In this document: piece after piece, positions 1 to 9,800 of the stretch
Position numbering within the stretch: position 1 is the stretch's first letter
Layout of the letters: each line of letters starts with the position of its first letter
Position numbers and translations under genes: made by a program
The notes under the pieces: model-generated
What the model saw: the letters and a program-made list of their open reading frames with translations, nothing else
Told to the model about the DNA's origin: nothing
Databases searched by the model: none
IMG/VR virus record: IMGVR_UViG_3300001598_000033
Location: 90,413 to 154,412 of that record
Length of the DNA: 64,000 bases
Source of the DNA: a virus
Taxonomy: Duplodnaviria > Caudoviricetes
Direction: 5' to 3' (one strand)

Positions 1-363
1 AAAGTTTGGAATTTGTACAATATTGATATAGAAAAACCTATATATGTATTTGAAGGTATTTTTGATGCGTTAAGTGCATATCAGTGTGGTCTAACTAATG
101 TTATTGCTTGTTTAGGCGCAACACCACCTTTAGATCTATTAAAGGGATTGGATTTAGTATTTTGTTTAGACAACGATCGTACCGGGTATATGAATAGCAT
201 AAAATACCTTAAACAAGGTTATAAAGCTTTAATTTATCCTGATAGTATTAAACTCAAAGATACTAATGAAATGTTAAAATCAGGAATTGATATTAAAGAT
301 TTAATCCTAAATAATATAGGAAGTGGAATTTTAGCGCAAGTTAGAATCCAAAGAAAATTGTAA
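1..363 (+). CDS. gp61: DNA primase (gp61-like), C-terminal TOPRIM part; 5'-truncated by the window
   Basis: Frame open from base 1 (KVWNLYNID...); TOPRIM motifs YVFEGIFDALS and CLDNDRTG; KDTNE. Confidence 0.85.
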   Translation, partial: KVWNLYNIDIEKPIYVFEGIFDALSAYQCGLTNVIACLGATPPLDLLKGLDLVFCLDNDRTGYMNSIKYLKQGYKALIYPDSIKLKDTNEMLKSGIDIKDLILNNIGSGILAQVRIQRKL

Positions 364-455
364 AATAAATGGGTTTTATAAAAATTTTTTTATTATATTT
401 TATATAATATAATATAGTTAAATATTTAATTTGTAATAGTAAAAAGGAAAAGAAA

Positions 456-875
456 ATGAGAATCCTAGAAGTAAATAACCGTGTAATTAATTTAGAAAAG
501 GTTTCAACTGTAAAATTAGATGAAGTAAAGGATAGAATATATTTTAATATGACTTTCGTAACCCAAAATTCATCTGGTGTTTACATTCAAGATTATGTAT
601 ATGTAAAGTACACACCTGAAATTTTAGAATCAATCGTTTCAGAATTAAATAGAAGCGGAACTTTCATTCAGTACGAAGTTAATAAGTGGATAAATGTTAC
701 TTGCATTTCTTCTATGAAATTAGACGAAGAATCTAATAGAATTATTATGAACCTTTCTAACCCTCATACTTACGAATTTCCACACGGTAAGAAAGTACTA
801 GCAGAATTCATTTACATGGAAAATGCAACTGCTGACACACTTAAAGGTATTATTGAAATTATGGGTAATATTTAA
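456..875 (+). CDS. Hypothetical protein with an internal tandem domain duplication
   Basis: SD AAGGA; halves INLEKVSTVKLDEVKDRIYFNM and INVTCISSMKLDEESNRIIMNL are similar. Confidence 0.7.
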   Translation: MRILEVNNRVINLEKVSTVKLDEVKDRIYFNMTFVTQNSSGVYIQDYVYVKYTPEILESIVSELNRSGTFIQYEVNKWINVTCISSMKLDEESNRIIMNLSNPHTYEFPHGKKVLAEFIYMENATADTLKGIIEIMGNI

Positions 876-900
876 TAGGACGAGAATAAGGTGGTAAATA

Positions 901-1197
901 ATGGAAGAATTAGATCAAGTAAGCACTGAAATTGAAGGATTAACAATTAGTTTTGCAGAACGATATATTAGATTACAATTGCAAAAGAAATCGTTAGGTG
1001 AAGATGTAAAAGAATTAAAGAAGGAATTTGAAGAACAAGGATTACCAACAAAGCAGGTAATTAAAGCAATTGATAGAATACGAAAAGAATTAAAGGAAGG
1101 ATCTGAATCAGAAATTGAAATCAATACATTTAAAGATATGTTATGCGATAAGGCAGTTATTCAAAATGGATTGACTGAATTAGATGCAAAAGGATAA
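901..1197 (+). CDS. dsDNA-binding protein, T4 DsbA/GapR-like
   Basis: Pattern SFAERYIRLQLQKKSLGEDVKELKKEFEEQGLPTKQVIKAI resembles the GapR/DUF2312/DsbA helical motif. Confidence 0.65.
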   Translation: MEELDQVSTEIEGLTISFAERYIRLQLQKKSLGEDVKELKKEFEEQGLPTKQVIKAIDRIRKELKEGSESEIEINTFKDMLCDKAVIQNGLTELDAKG

Positions 1198-1232
1198 TTA
1201 ATATTATTTTATATATAAAGATATAAGAAAAT

Positions 1233-1259
1233 AAAAGGTCATCTGTGATGACCTTTTTT
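1233..1259. terminator. Bidirectional intrinsic terminator
   Basis: AAAAGGTCATC-TGT-GATGACCTTTT hairpin between convergent genes. Confidence 0.8.
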
Positions 1260-1276
1260 ATTTGTTATTAGTATTG

Positions 1277-1307
1277 TTACATATGGATTACATATGGATT
1301 ACATATG
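1277..1307. repeat. 11-bp tandem repeat (TTACATATGGA, ~2.8 copies)
   Basis: Read directly; overlaps the stop codon of the 1299..2885 ORF. Confidence 0.85.
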
Positions 1308-2885
1308 TTTAACCATACCCTTCCAACCAGCTCTAAGTTCACTGTTTTGACAAGATAGAAGTTTAATAGTCATAACACCTGAACGAACTGTCAATTCTTT
1401 ATTTCTACCTGGTTCAGTTAAGAAGTCAATTGCTTCATGTACAAGTGCAGGTTCATAACCTTGTTTAAGTAGGATTTCTGTAATACGTTTAGCAACATCT
1501 GTAGCTGTTAACCATAAGTCAATACGAATTGAGCGTGAAATAATAGCTTGGTCTAACTTCTTAGCTGGTAAGTTGGAAATGAATATTAAACCACCTGAAA
1601 AGAAGAACTTTGATGGCACCCAGTAACCTGCAATATCATCAGCTGTAAAATCTTCAACACCATTTGTAGTATCTATACCATTTTCCATAGCATTCATAAA
1701 TGTAATACGATTCCATTTATCGAAAATCTTACTACCATCCTTTTCCCTGTATGTACCATTCCACATAGCAGGACCTTTTACTGCTTTTGATACAGGCGCA
1801 CCTTGTTCGATTAGTTTATCTACACATGCTGAATAACGCTTAATTTCATCATCTGACATCTTGAAACAAGGCATCTTACCTGGAGCATATTCCATTGTAT
1901 TTTCACCTGTTGTATCTAGCATAGGTTTTAACATCACAATACATTCTGGGTTAGTTAAAATACTATCTGCTTCATCAAATACTGTAATATAATCGCGACA
2001 ACGGAATAATTCATCATAGAATGTAGCAGGTGTAAATTCCTTACCAGCTGTATATAACCAATCCTTACCTTGAGTACCTAAAGTACGCTTTAAAGCTTCC
2101 TTAACGTGGTAAGTCTTACCTAAACCACCCATACCACAAAGTACGAATGAACGAGAAATTTGTTCAGTAACAGCAATAGTTGCTAATTCGATTTCATTAA
2201 ATATTGTGTCTGGATTACAATATTGATGTTCTTCTAAAGCTTTTTCTGTCTTCTTGATTTCTGTTTCTAATTCATTACGTTCTGGCTTGCCAGGTTCGAT
2301 TTCAGCAATAAATTCATTCCATTCATCTTTTAAACCATTAGTGTCAATCCATTCATCAAATTTATTCTTCATGTTAGCACGCCAAGCTTGGCCACCCTTT
2401 TGTGCTAAAAATTCCTTACGAACATCAGTGATACTAGCTTCATTTACGTTTTCTTTAACAGAATCCATAAAATCACCAACTGAATATCTACCTGCTTTAC
2501 CATTACGGATTAATGCGCCTAATTTCTTCCAAATTTTAACTACATTCACTGCGCGTGAGAAATAACAAGTTGTGGTAGGGCATGCATAATCTTCAGCACC
2601 TTGTTCCCAAAAGTCAATTGAACTTAATACAACGAAATCTCTAGGAGCGTTTGCAAAGTTAGAAGTACGATTTGAGAAGTTGATGCGTAGCATTCTACCC
2701 ATCTTATTAATCATACGAACGCCTTGACCTTTTTCTTTTTGTTTTTGATACCATTCGATATTAAATGGAAGGAACTTACCACCAAATTCTTTACCAAATA
2801 AAGCACCATATGCGTTTGCAACCTTTTCAAGGTCTTTTACACTAAATGAAGCTTCATTCAGCATGCTTTCATAAAACATATTCAT
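1299..2885 (-). CDS. P-loop (AAA-like) ATPase, probable late/internal virion protein
   Basis: Walker A GMGGLGKT, Walker B VFDEAD, IFISN sensor, SRS arginine finger; N-terminus MFYESMLNE-A; late promoter upstream. Confidence 0.75.
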   Translation of the reverse strand: MNMFYESMLNEASFSVKDLEKVANAYGALFGKEFGGKFLPFNIEWYQKQKEKGQGVRMINKMGRMLRINFSNRTSNFANAPRDFVVLSSIDFWEQGAEDYACPTTTCYFSRAVNVVKIWKKLGALIRNGKAGRYSVGDFMDSVKENVNEASITDVRKEFLAQKGGQAWRANMKNKFDEWIDTNGLKDEWNEFIAEIEPGKPERNELETEIKKTEKALEEHQYCNPDTIFNEIELATIAVTEQISRSFVLCGMGGLGKTYHVKEALKRTLGTQGKDWLYTAGKEFTPATFYDELFRCRDYITVFDEADSILTNPECIVMLKPMLDTTGENTMEYAPGKMPCFKMSDDEIKRYSACVDKLIEQGAPVSKAVKGPAMWNGTYREKDGSKIFDKWNRITFMNAMENGIDTTNGVEDFTADDIAGYWVPSKFFFSGGLIFISNLPAKKLDQAIISRSIRIDLWLTATDVAKRITEILLKQGYEPALVHEAIDFLTEPGRNKELTVRSGVMTIKLLSCQNSELRAGWKGMVKHM

Positions 2886-2929
2886 ATTATTATGATTCCT
2901 CTAAATTTATTATTTGAATATTTTTTATA

Positions 2930-2937
2930 TATTTATA
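2930..2937 (-). promoter_or_regulatory. T4-type late promoter TATAAATA
   Basis: TATTTATA on + strand, ~45 nt upstream of the 2885 start. Confidence 0.55.
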
Positions 2938-2940
2938 ATA

Positions 2941-3036
2941 ATGCAAAAAAATTTAAAAAAAAGCGTGCCTTTATTTTAAAAACATGATATAATATATACA
3001 TAAGAAATGAAAAATAAAATTTAAGAGGTATCTAAC
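2941..3036 (+). promoter_or_regulatory. Degenerate copy of the early sigma70 promoter cassette
   Basis: GTGCCT(2965)-17 nt-TATAAT(2988) with TG extension, then ATATACATAAG...AAGAGGTA RBS. Confidence 0.65.
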
Positions 3037-3291
3037 ATGAGAAACGAAAATATAAATTCAAAAACTGTAGGTTCTTCAGGATTTTCTATAAGTTTAGTAG
3101 TATTCATTGTGCTAGTAGTACTAAAATTAGTGGGTGTTGTGAATATCAGTTGGATAATGGTTTTCGTAATCCCATTTATATTAGTTCCTATAGTAATTGC
3201 ATTATCATTATTCTTATTCATTGTTGCAGTAATGTTAATTGTAGTAGTGTTAGGTAGCTTAATCAAAGTAGATAGAAAAGATAGAAATTAA
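3037..3291 (+). CDS. Small membrane protein
   Basis: Long hydrophobic stretches; RBS GAGG. Confidence 0.7.
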   Translation: MRNENINSKTVGSSGFSISLVVFIVLVVLKLVGVVNISWIMVFVIPFILVPIVIALSLFLFIVAVMLIVVVLGSLIKVDRKDRN

Positions 3292-3307
3292 AAATTAGCT
3301 AGAGGTA

Positions 3308-3538
3308 ATGAATATGAATAAATATGCAGTGATTAGAGTCGGTGGTTCAATAGGCTGTGGTAATTTTGTTACAGTGGGTATATACGGAGCTAAAGAAGAA
3401 GCACAAGAAGAAGCACAAGCAGAAGCTAAATTTAGAAGAAGTCGTTTAAGCCCTTGTGAAAAGAAATACTATGGTATGAAATACAAGGTTGTTGAATGCA
3501 CCCCAAGAAACGTGGAAAATTACGAAATAAAGCTATAA
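3308..3538 (+). CDS. Hypothetical protein
   Basis: RBS GAGG; contains a 12-bp in-frame duplication (EEAQEEAQ). Confidence 0.65.
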   Translation: MNMNKYAVIRVGGSIGCGNFVTVGIYGAKEEAQEEAQAEAKFRRSRLSPCEKKYYGMKYKVVECTPRNVENYEIKL

Positions 3539-3553
3539 GGAATAGGTGATATT

Positions 3554-4267
3554 ATGAAACCTTGGTCATTAAGTAAAGTACAATGTTACGAAAGTTGCCC
3601 GATGAAGTACAAGTATCAATATATAGACAAAATTAAACCTGATGCAAATTGCAATAGTGCTTTAGCTAAGGGTGCTAAAATTCATAACATTTTAGAAAAC
3701 TTGGATAACTTCATCGATAACCAATCCAAGGATGTTGAATACGATATTGTTAATAATTTCATTAAATCACCGTTGTTTGAATCTATTAGTAAAAAGGTTC
3801 AGTTAGGTGAAAAAGAAGTAGCATTCGGAATTGACATTGTAGATGGAAAATTAGTACCTGCTGAATACAATAACAAAGTGTTATTCAGGGGTAAAATTGA
3901 CTTATTATACAAAAATCAAATTTTTGATTATAAGACAGGCAAATTCAAAGCATACGATGATCAAGATTGGACACAATTAAAATGGTATGCTATTTGGTTC
4001 TTTTTAAAATACCCAGAATATGATGAAGTTCGTATTAGTTATCTATACGTAGAGCATTGTTTACATAATTCTATGACTATAAGAAAAAGTGAAATTGCTG
4101 ATATTACTAATGATATGCTCTCAAGAATTAGAAACGTTACTATAGGTGAATCAGAACCCATTACAAAGTGTAATAAGTCAGCATTATGTGGTTGGTGTGG
4201 ATATATGCTATTATGTGAAGATAAGCAAAACGATATGAATATAAAAGTTGATTTTGAATTTTTATAA
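3554..4267 (+). CDS. Cas4-like / RecB-family PD-(D/E)XK exonuclease
   Basis: WSLSK..YESCP, RGKIDL, IFDYKTG, QLKWYA and C-terminal CGWCGY...C (Fe-S cysteines). Confidence 0.85.
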   Translation: MKPWSLSKVQCYESCPMKYKYQYIDKIKPDANCNSALAKGAKIHNILENLDNFIDNQSKDVEYDIVNNFIKSPLFESISKKVQLGEKEVAFGIDIVDGKLVPAEYNNKVLFRGKIDLLYKNQIFDYKTGKFKAYDDQDWTQLKWYAIWFFLKYPEYDEVRISYLYVEHCLHNSMTIRKSEIADITNDMLSRIRNVTIGESEPITKCNKSALCGWCGYMLLCEDKQNDMNIKVDFEFL

Positions 4268-4270
4268 ATA
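4263..4270 (+). promoter_or_regulatory. T4-type late promoter TATAAATA
   Basis: Exact motif upstream of the capsid-like gene at 4303. Confidence 0.6.
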
Positions 4271-4302
4271 ATAATATTACTATTTAGTTTAAAGGTATTA
4301 TA

Positions 4303-5160
4303 ATGAAGAATGATTATATAAATGAATCAGCACTAGCACCTAATATTGCTGATACAGATGAAAATGTGGTATTAAACCAAATTTATATGAAATTATCATT
4401 ACCTAGCTTAGGTAGACGTATTTTTGGTTTTACTAAAATTCATGGACCTACAGGTGGTGTATTTGCTATTAAATCAAAAGATACTGGAGATGGACTTGAA
4501 TTATTAAGAAATAATATTACAGTTAATGATGATGTATCTAACAGTATTTCTATTTCACAAGAAGCGTTCGATGACTGGGTTAACATGTTTGGTGAAGATG
4601 TAAAAGAACGTATTGTTACTTATATGGGTAGATATGCAAATATAGATGAAAATGATTATTGTATTGAATTCTTAAAGAATAACTCAAAATTAAGTACAGC
4701 TCTTACATTGTCAAATCCAGCAGATCCAGATGTTGTATGGAAGGAAATTGCATATAAAGCAACACAGTTAGTTTTAGAAGCTAATATGAGTGGTCGTATT
4801 ACTTTTAATTCATATTTAGTTGTTCCATATAAGTACGCGGCTTCAATTATTGCAATGTATCCTAAAATGATTAGCCAGAATGAACCCGTATTGGATGATA
4901 TGTACGTTGGCAATGTAGCAGGTATGGCTATTTATATAAATCCAGATGTAGAAGATGATAATGTATATGTAGGCTTAAGGGATGATGAAATTGGACGTTG
5001 TAGTGCAATCTTTACTTCTTACTATGATAAAATTATAGGCCCGGTTGCCGATGTAAAAACAGGTAATCATAAGTATTTTATATTTAAAAGATTTGCTATT
5101 ACAGCTAATCCATTACATACAGACACAACACCAATGATGTTTAAATTTAAGGTTAACTAA
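4303..5160 (+). CDS. Capsid protein paralogue (gp24 vertex / gp23-like)
   Basis: GPTGGVFAI capsid motif; IAIYINP...VYVG, AIFTSY, RFAITANP resemble the gp23/gp24 C-terminus; INE-S processing site. Confidence 0.7.
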   Translation: MKNDYINESALAPNIADTDENVVLNQIYMKLSLPSLGRRIFGFTKIHGPTGGVFAIKSKDTGDGLELLRNNITVNDDVSNSISISQEAFDDWVNMFGEDVKERIVTYMGRYANIDENDYCIEFLKNNSKLSTALTLSNPADPDVVWKEIAYKATQLVLEANMSGRITFNSYLVVPYKYAASIIAMYPKMISQNEPVLDDMYVGNVAGMAIYINPDVEDDNVYVGLRDDEIGRCSAIFTSYYDKIIGPVADVKTGNHKYFIFKRFAITANPLHTDTTPMMFKFKVN

Positions 5161-5531
5161 TGAGTTCGAGTTTCAGGAATTTTTTTAATAATTTATTATT
5201 AGAAGAACAAAATAAAATTATTGATATGGTTGATAAGAGTGCAAAAGCCCAGTATACTAAAACACAATTAAAATCGCCTAAATCTTCTAAGCCTAATACA
5301 ACTAAATCAAAACCTCAAAATGTTATTAAATCAAATACAGTAAATGTATATGAAATTCCTGAAGTTATTAGGACTTATAGTATTAAAATTAAACATACTA
5401 AATTATTAGATGATGGGATTGAAATTGAGTTATTTAATTTAGATGACATTGATAATACCTTAAAAATATTAAGAAATTTAGGGATAAAATCTTATAATCT
5501 TAATGATTTAGTTATTACTATAAAGGGTTAA
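5160..5531 (+). CDS. Hypothetical late protein, possible internal head protein
   Basis: N-terminus SFRNFFNNLLLE-E; translationally coupled (TAATG). Confidence 0.6.
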   Translation: MSSSFRNFFNNLLLEEQNKIIDMVDKSAKAQYTKTQLKSPKSSKPNTTKSKPQNVIKSNTVNVYEIPEVIRTYSIKIKHTKLLDDGIEIELFNLDDIDNTLKILRNLGIKSYNLNDLVITIKG

Positions 5532-5534
5532 TAT

Positions 5535-5882
5535 ATGTTTACAACTTTAGAACAATTTTTTAACGACTTTAGAATTAAAAACGATATGGTTCCTTCTGAG
5601 GTTGTTCTTAATAAGGGACCTATGCGACTTAAAAGAGAAGTAAGGGAGCTAAAATCATTATCGGATATTGTTATTGGTAATGACATTCCTGCTTGGAGTG
5701 CAAATACACGATATGAAGTAGATGAATATGTAAGTTATAATAACATTATATATCGTTCTACTAATGATGGTAATTACAATTACACTCCAGATAGTCATCC
5801 TGCAATGTGGGTAAAGGTTGAAATAGTATCTTTAAAGAGATTGCTAGCGAGAATTGAAGCATTAGAAGCAAAAGTGAGGTAA
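5535..5882 (+). CDS. Carbohydrate-binding (CBM5/12, ChtBD3-like) structural protein
   Basis: AWSANTRYEVDEYVSYNNIIYRS...P....W motif; C-terminal coiled coil LLARIEALEAK. Confidence 0.65.
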   Translation: MFTTLEQFFNDFRIKNDMVPSEVVLNKGPMRLKREVRELKSLSDIVIGNDIPAWSANTRYEVDEYVSYNNIIYRSTNDGNYNYTPDSHPAMWVKVEIVSLKRLLARIEALEAKVR

Positions 5883-5885
5883 TGC

Positions 5886-6737
5886 ATGGATTTTAAGCAA
5901 TTCAGAATAAGCGAAATGTTAGGATTAATGGAATTATTAGAATCAAATAATTCTGATATTAAAGATTTAAAGAACATTTCTAGTGAATTGGATACTGATG
6001 ATGTAAAAGAATCCAAAAAAGTATATAATGAACTTATTGCAATGCTTAAAGAAAAACCTTATGAAGAAGCAATAGGATTTATAGACGATTTAGTGAAGGA
6101 TCCTAAATTAAAATTTATACTTTCATTGGGTTTTGGTGGTAAGTTTGCAGATTATAAGTTAAAACTTAAAAAGACTAATATTCCAGCATATAAGTTGATT
6201 CCGACTCAAAATGAAATAGGGTTGGATGAAACACTTAAGTATATGATGAAAGGTGATAATATTGAAAATTGCTTTAAAAGTCCTGCTTGTATTAAAAAGC
6301 CTATTGTTACATTCCAAGGTACATTTATAATTGATGGACATCATAGGTGGTCTGAAATATTTGTTACCAATCCTAGTGCTAATTTAGAATGTATTAATAT
6401 TGAGGGTAATTTGAGTCCATTAAGTATGCTTAAAGCAGTTCAGGCAACTATAGGATCTAACCTAGGTAAATTGATTATAAAAGACGTAGAGGGTAAAAAT
6501 CTTCTTAAATGTTCTAAATCTGTAATTGAGAAATACTTGCAAGATATGCCTGAAGATACAATTAAGAAGCTTAAAAAGTATTATAATGATCCAATTAAGT
6601 CAATAGTTGATAATTGTATGGAATTAAAAGCAAATAATACACCTATATTAAATGCCCCAAAAAGAGGTGATATGCCTCAAACTACTAAAGATCCTGAATT
6701 ATTTGATGATTTGAAGAAAGGAATCTCTAAAATATAA
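5886..6737 (+). CDS. ParB/sulfiredoxin-like domain protein
   Basis: LIPTQ...PIV....IIDGHHRW motif; leader MDFKQFRISE/LLE-S. Confidence 0.75.
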   Translation: MDFKQFRISEMLGLMELLESNNSDIKDLKNISSELDTDDVKESKKVYNELIAMLKEKPYEEAIGFIDDLVKDPKLKFILSLGFGGKFADYKLKLKKTNIPAYKLIPTQNEIGLDETLKYMMKGDNIENCFKSPACIKKPIVTFQGTFIIDGHHRWSEIFVTNPSANLECINIEGNLSPLSMLKAVQATIGSNLGKLIIKDVEGKNLLKCSKSVIEKYLQDMPEDTIKKLKKYYNDPIKSIVDNCMELKANNTPILNAPKRGDMPQTTKDPELFDDLKKGISKI

Positions 6738-6800
6738 AAAAAAATTCAGTTTCTTATATATAATAATATTAATAAAAAAATATTAATATAAAAAAATAAA

Positions 6801-6828
6801 AAAAAATCCAACGAAAGTTGGATTTTTT
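6801..6828. terminator. Bidirectional intrinsic terminator
   Basis: AAAAAATCCAAC-GAAA-GTTGGATTTTTT between convergent genes. Confidence 0.85.
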
Positions 6829-6844
6829 ATTTCTATAATTTTTA

Positions 6845-9800
6845 TTACATACACAATTGAGTGCCAAATAACATATCATTCATTATATCAGTAATAAACA
6901 ATGCATCTGAAACACCATCGTCATTTTTAACTGCATCTTCTTGCATATCTGCTTCAGTATTTCCAGATCTAATTACATTTACTTGTGTTCCATTAGCATC
7001 AGCTTCCCAAGCACTTAAGAAATTCGATGCTTTATCCTGATCTGACAATGTATCCCATATACCGCTCCTTCTTAAATTTGGAGGAACGTTTTTATTAATA
7101 TTGGTCATTGTCTTATCATAATCTTTATCACCTTTCTTTAACTTACCTGAAGCTATTTTACTTATATTTGCGATTCCACCAGCACCTTGTTGGTGTGCCA
7201 TGTACATTGTATATCTAGTTAATGGAGTACCTGTATTCTTCAATATACTTGCATTTCTCTTAACTAATAACTTAAATGCTTTAAAGTTTTCGTAAGGATC
7301 TGTAGCTAAACTGAAATCCTTACCTTTAGTTATATCAGCCCATGTAGCTTCTGTAAATTGGAACAATCCAGTTGCTGAACTTAAAGGACTTTTAGCATTA
7401 GCTCTACCACCAGATTCTTTATTCAATACATATTGTACAAAAGGATCATCACTGTAATATATACCATTACCTTTATCGTATATATTAGAATTCATTACAG
7501 AATTTAAATCAAATTCTCCAGATACATTTCCATTACCATAATTATTATCAACCTTACCAATGGTAGGATTTGTATTACCAAAATAATTTTTATCACTTAT
7601 ATAATTAATGCCACTAGATTTCAATACACCTTCTGATAATTTACCTCTGTACTCAGAATCCATAACGTTTCCATTTATATTATCAACCCGAGCCATTGCA
7701 ATATTATTATTAGGTTGAGTTACTACTAACTTATTAACTACCTTAATTATATCTTCTTTGCTAATGGATTTATCATCCATAGTACTCAACTCATTGATGT
7801 ATTTCTTGTTTTCGCCTTTATTATCCTGTAACATTTGCATTAATGCTTTATGATAGTTTTTAACAATATCATCAAGATTATCAAGTTTTATTTTACGATT
7901 ATCTGGCATGTTCTTGTTATAGGCATCAGCATAAGCCAAACACACTTCTGCAATAGCTAAAGAAGCATTATTATTTGTTTTCAAAGCTTCTTGTGTAATA
8001 GCACCAGCTAATTTAACTTTATTGATATAATTACCATCATCCTTAAGGCTACTGTCTAACTCAATATATTCTCCCAAATCATAATCAATACCTATATTAC
8101 CAAATTTCAAAGATTCATATCCAGATCCTGGATTTGTGATATCAACACCTTTAATAACTTCATTTTTAAAACTAGAAGTGTTATTTAACTTAAGATCGCT
8201 ACCAATATATAAACTTTCACCTTTAGTAATTTCAGTTATATTTTCCTTATTCTTATCATAATAATCGTATATTTTATCCCAATCTTCTGGCGAACGTAAT
8301 ATTTCAACCATAGTTCTAACAGTTTCTACGTCTATTTTATTTAAAGCTTCACGAATATTAGTATTATTACTATTTCTATATTTAAATCTATATAATAAAT
8401 AAATTAAACTATAACTTTTAATTACTTGTGTTAAACCTTCATTATTTTGACACCAACTATTTACATCATTTAAACTATTTACAACATTTGGTGCTATATT
8501 TTTTCTTAAGAATTCTATTTCATTACTTACACCTTTCCACTTATCACCTGGATACCCTGCATAGTTAAATCTTAGAAATTCCACAGCTAATACCCATTCT
8601 TTACGGAATCCTATATAAGTATTTTTACCATTAATGAAATTTTTAATTTCATCTCTTAATTTAATATTAATATTATTTCTAAATAACATGGATATTGTGT
8701 AAAGGAAAAGTAAAGAATATATTATATTTTTAATTAAAAGTACAGATGAAGCTTCATCACCAGTAAGTATTTTAGATGCAGTTAAATTACCATTAGTTAT
8801 AGGTTGATATAATCCTTCTCCACCTTCCATTTTTGGATAATATATAGCACTCTGTCCACCAGAGACACTTATAACATCATCACCATATTTTTCAATAGTT
8901 TCATCACCACCTAATATAAATGAGTGTGGTTCCAATGCATTATTTTTAATTGTATTATCTTTATAATGAAGGCCACTTCTAAAAGCATTTAAACACAATA
9001 CAGTTAAACCCCAATTCACTCTAGCTGTAGTAACACTACCAGACCAACCAGGTTTTTTAACAAAAGTATTGCTAAAGTCATATTTTACAACCCTTTGACC
9101 ATTAATTCTTCTAATTATAGCATTAACACCAGATTGTGTTGCTACGGCTCTTGCATCTCCTGATCGTCTAAACTCTTCCTTTATATCTTCTATTCTAATA
9201 TTACTACCATTTAATAAGAATGATACTGTTGTAGCTTTTACTAAATCTTCTTGGCTAATAAATGTATATGGGTTATCAAAATCAATAAGATCAAAATCAA
9301 ATCCCAACCACACATCTCTAACCCAATCAAATAAAGCATCTAATACTGATGTTACTAATACAGAAACAACTAACCCAATACCACCAGTACCAGCACCTAC
9401 CCCTATATTAATTGCTGATAATGTAATGGATTCCATAATAGTTGCTAGCCACCACTTTCTAGAGGATTCCATATTACTGATTATTTTCTTACATATCTCT
9501 TGGTATCTGGCTTTATCTTTAAATCTACTTTCATCTCTTTTAAGGATTTCTAAAGCGTGATTTATTTGCTTATCCATATCTACACTAAAGAAATTGATTA
9601 TATCAGGAACGCTAAATAAACATCCAGCACCTACACCAATTACAGGTACTTTCTTAACCATTTTTTGTAAGAGTCTATTTTTACGTAATTGATTAGAAAA
9701 TCCTTTATAATTGACAGTTTTTTGTAATTCACTGGTATTTAAATATCTTTTTACCAGCTTGTCATCAGCCATATCAAAAAGATCTCTAGCAGTTCCTTTA

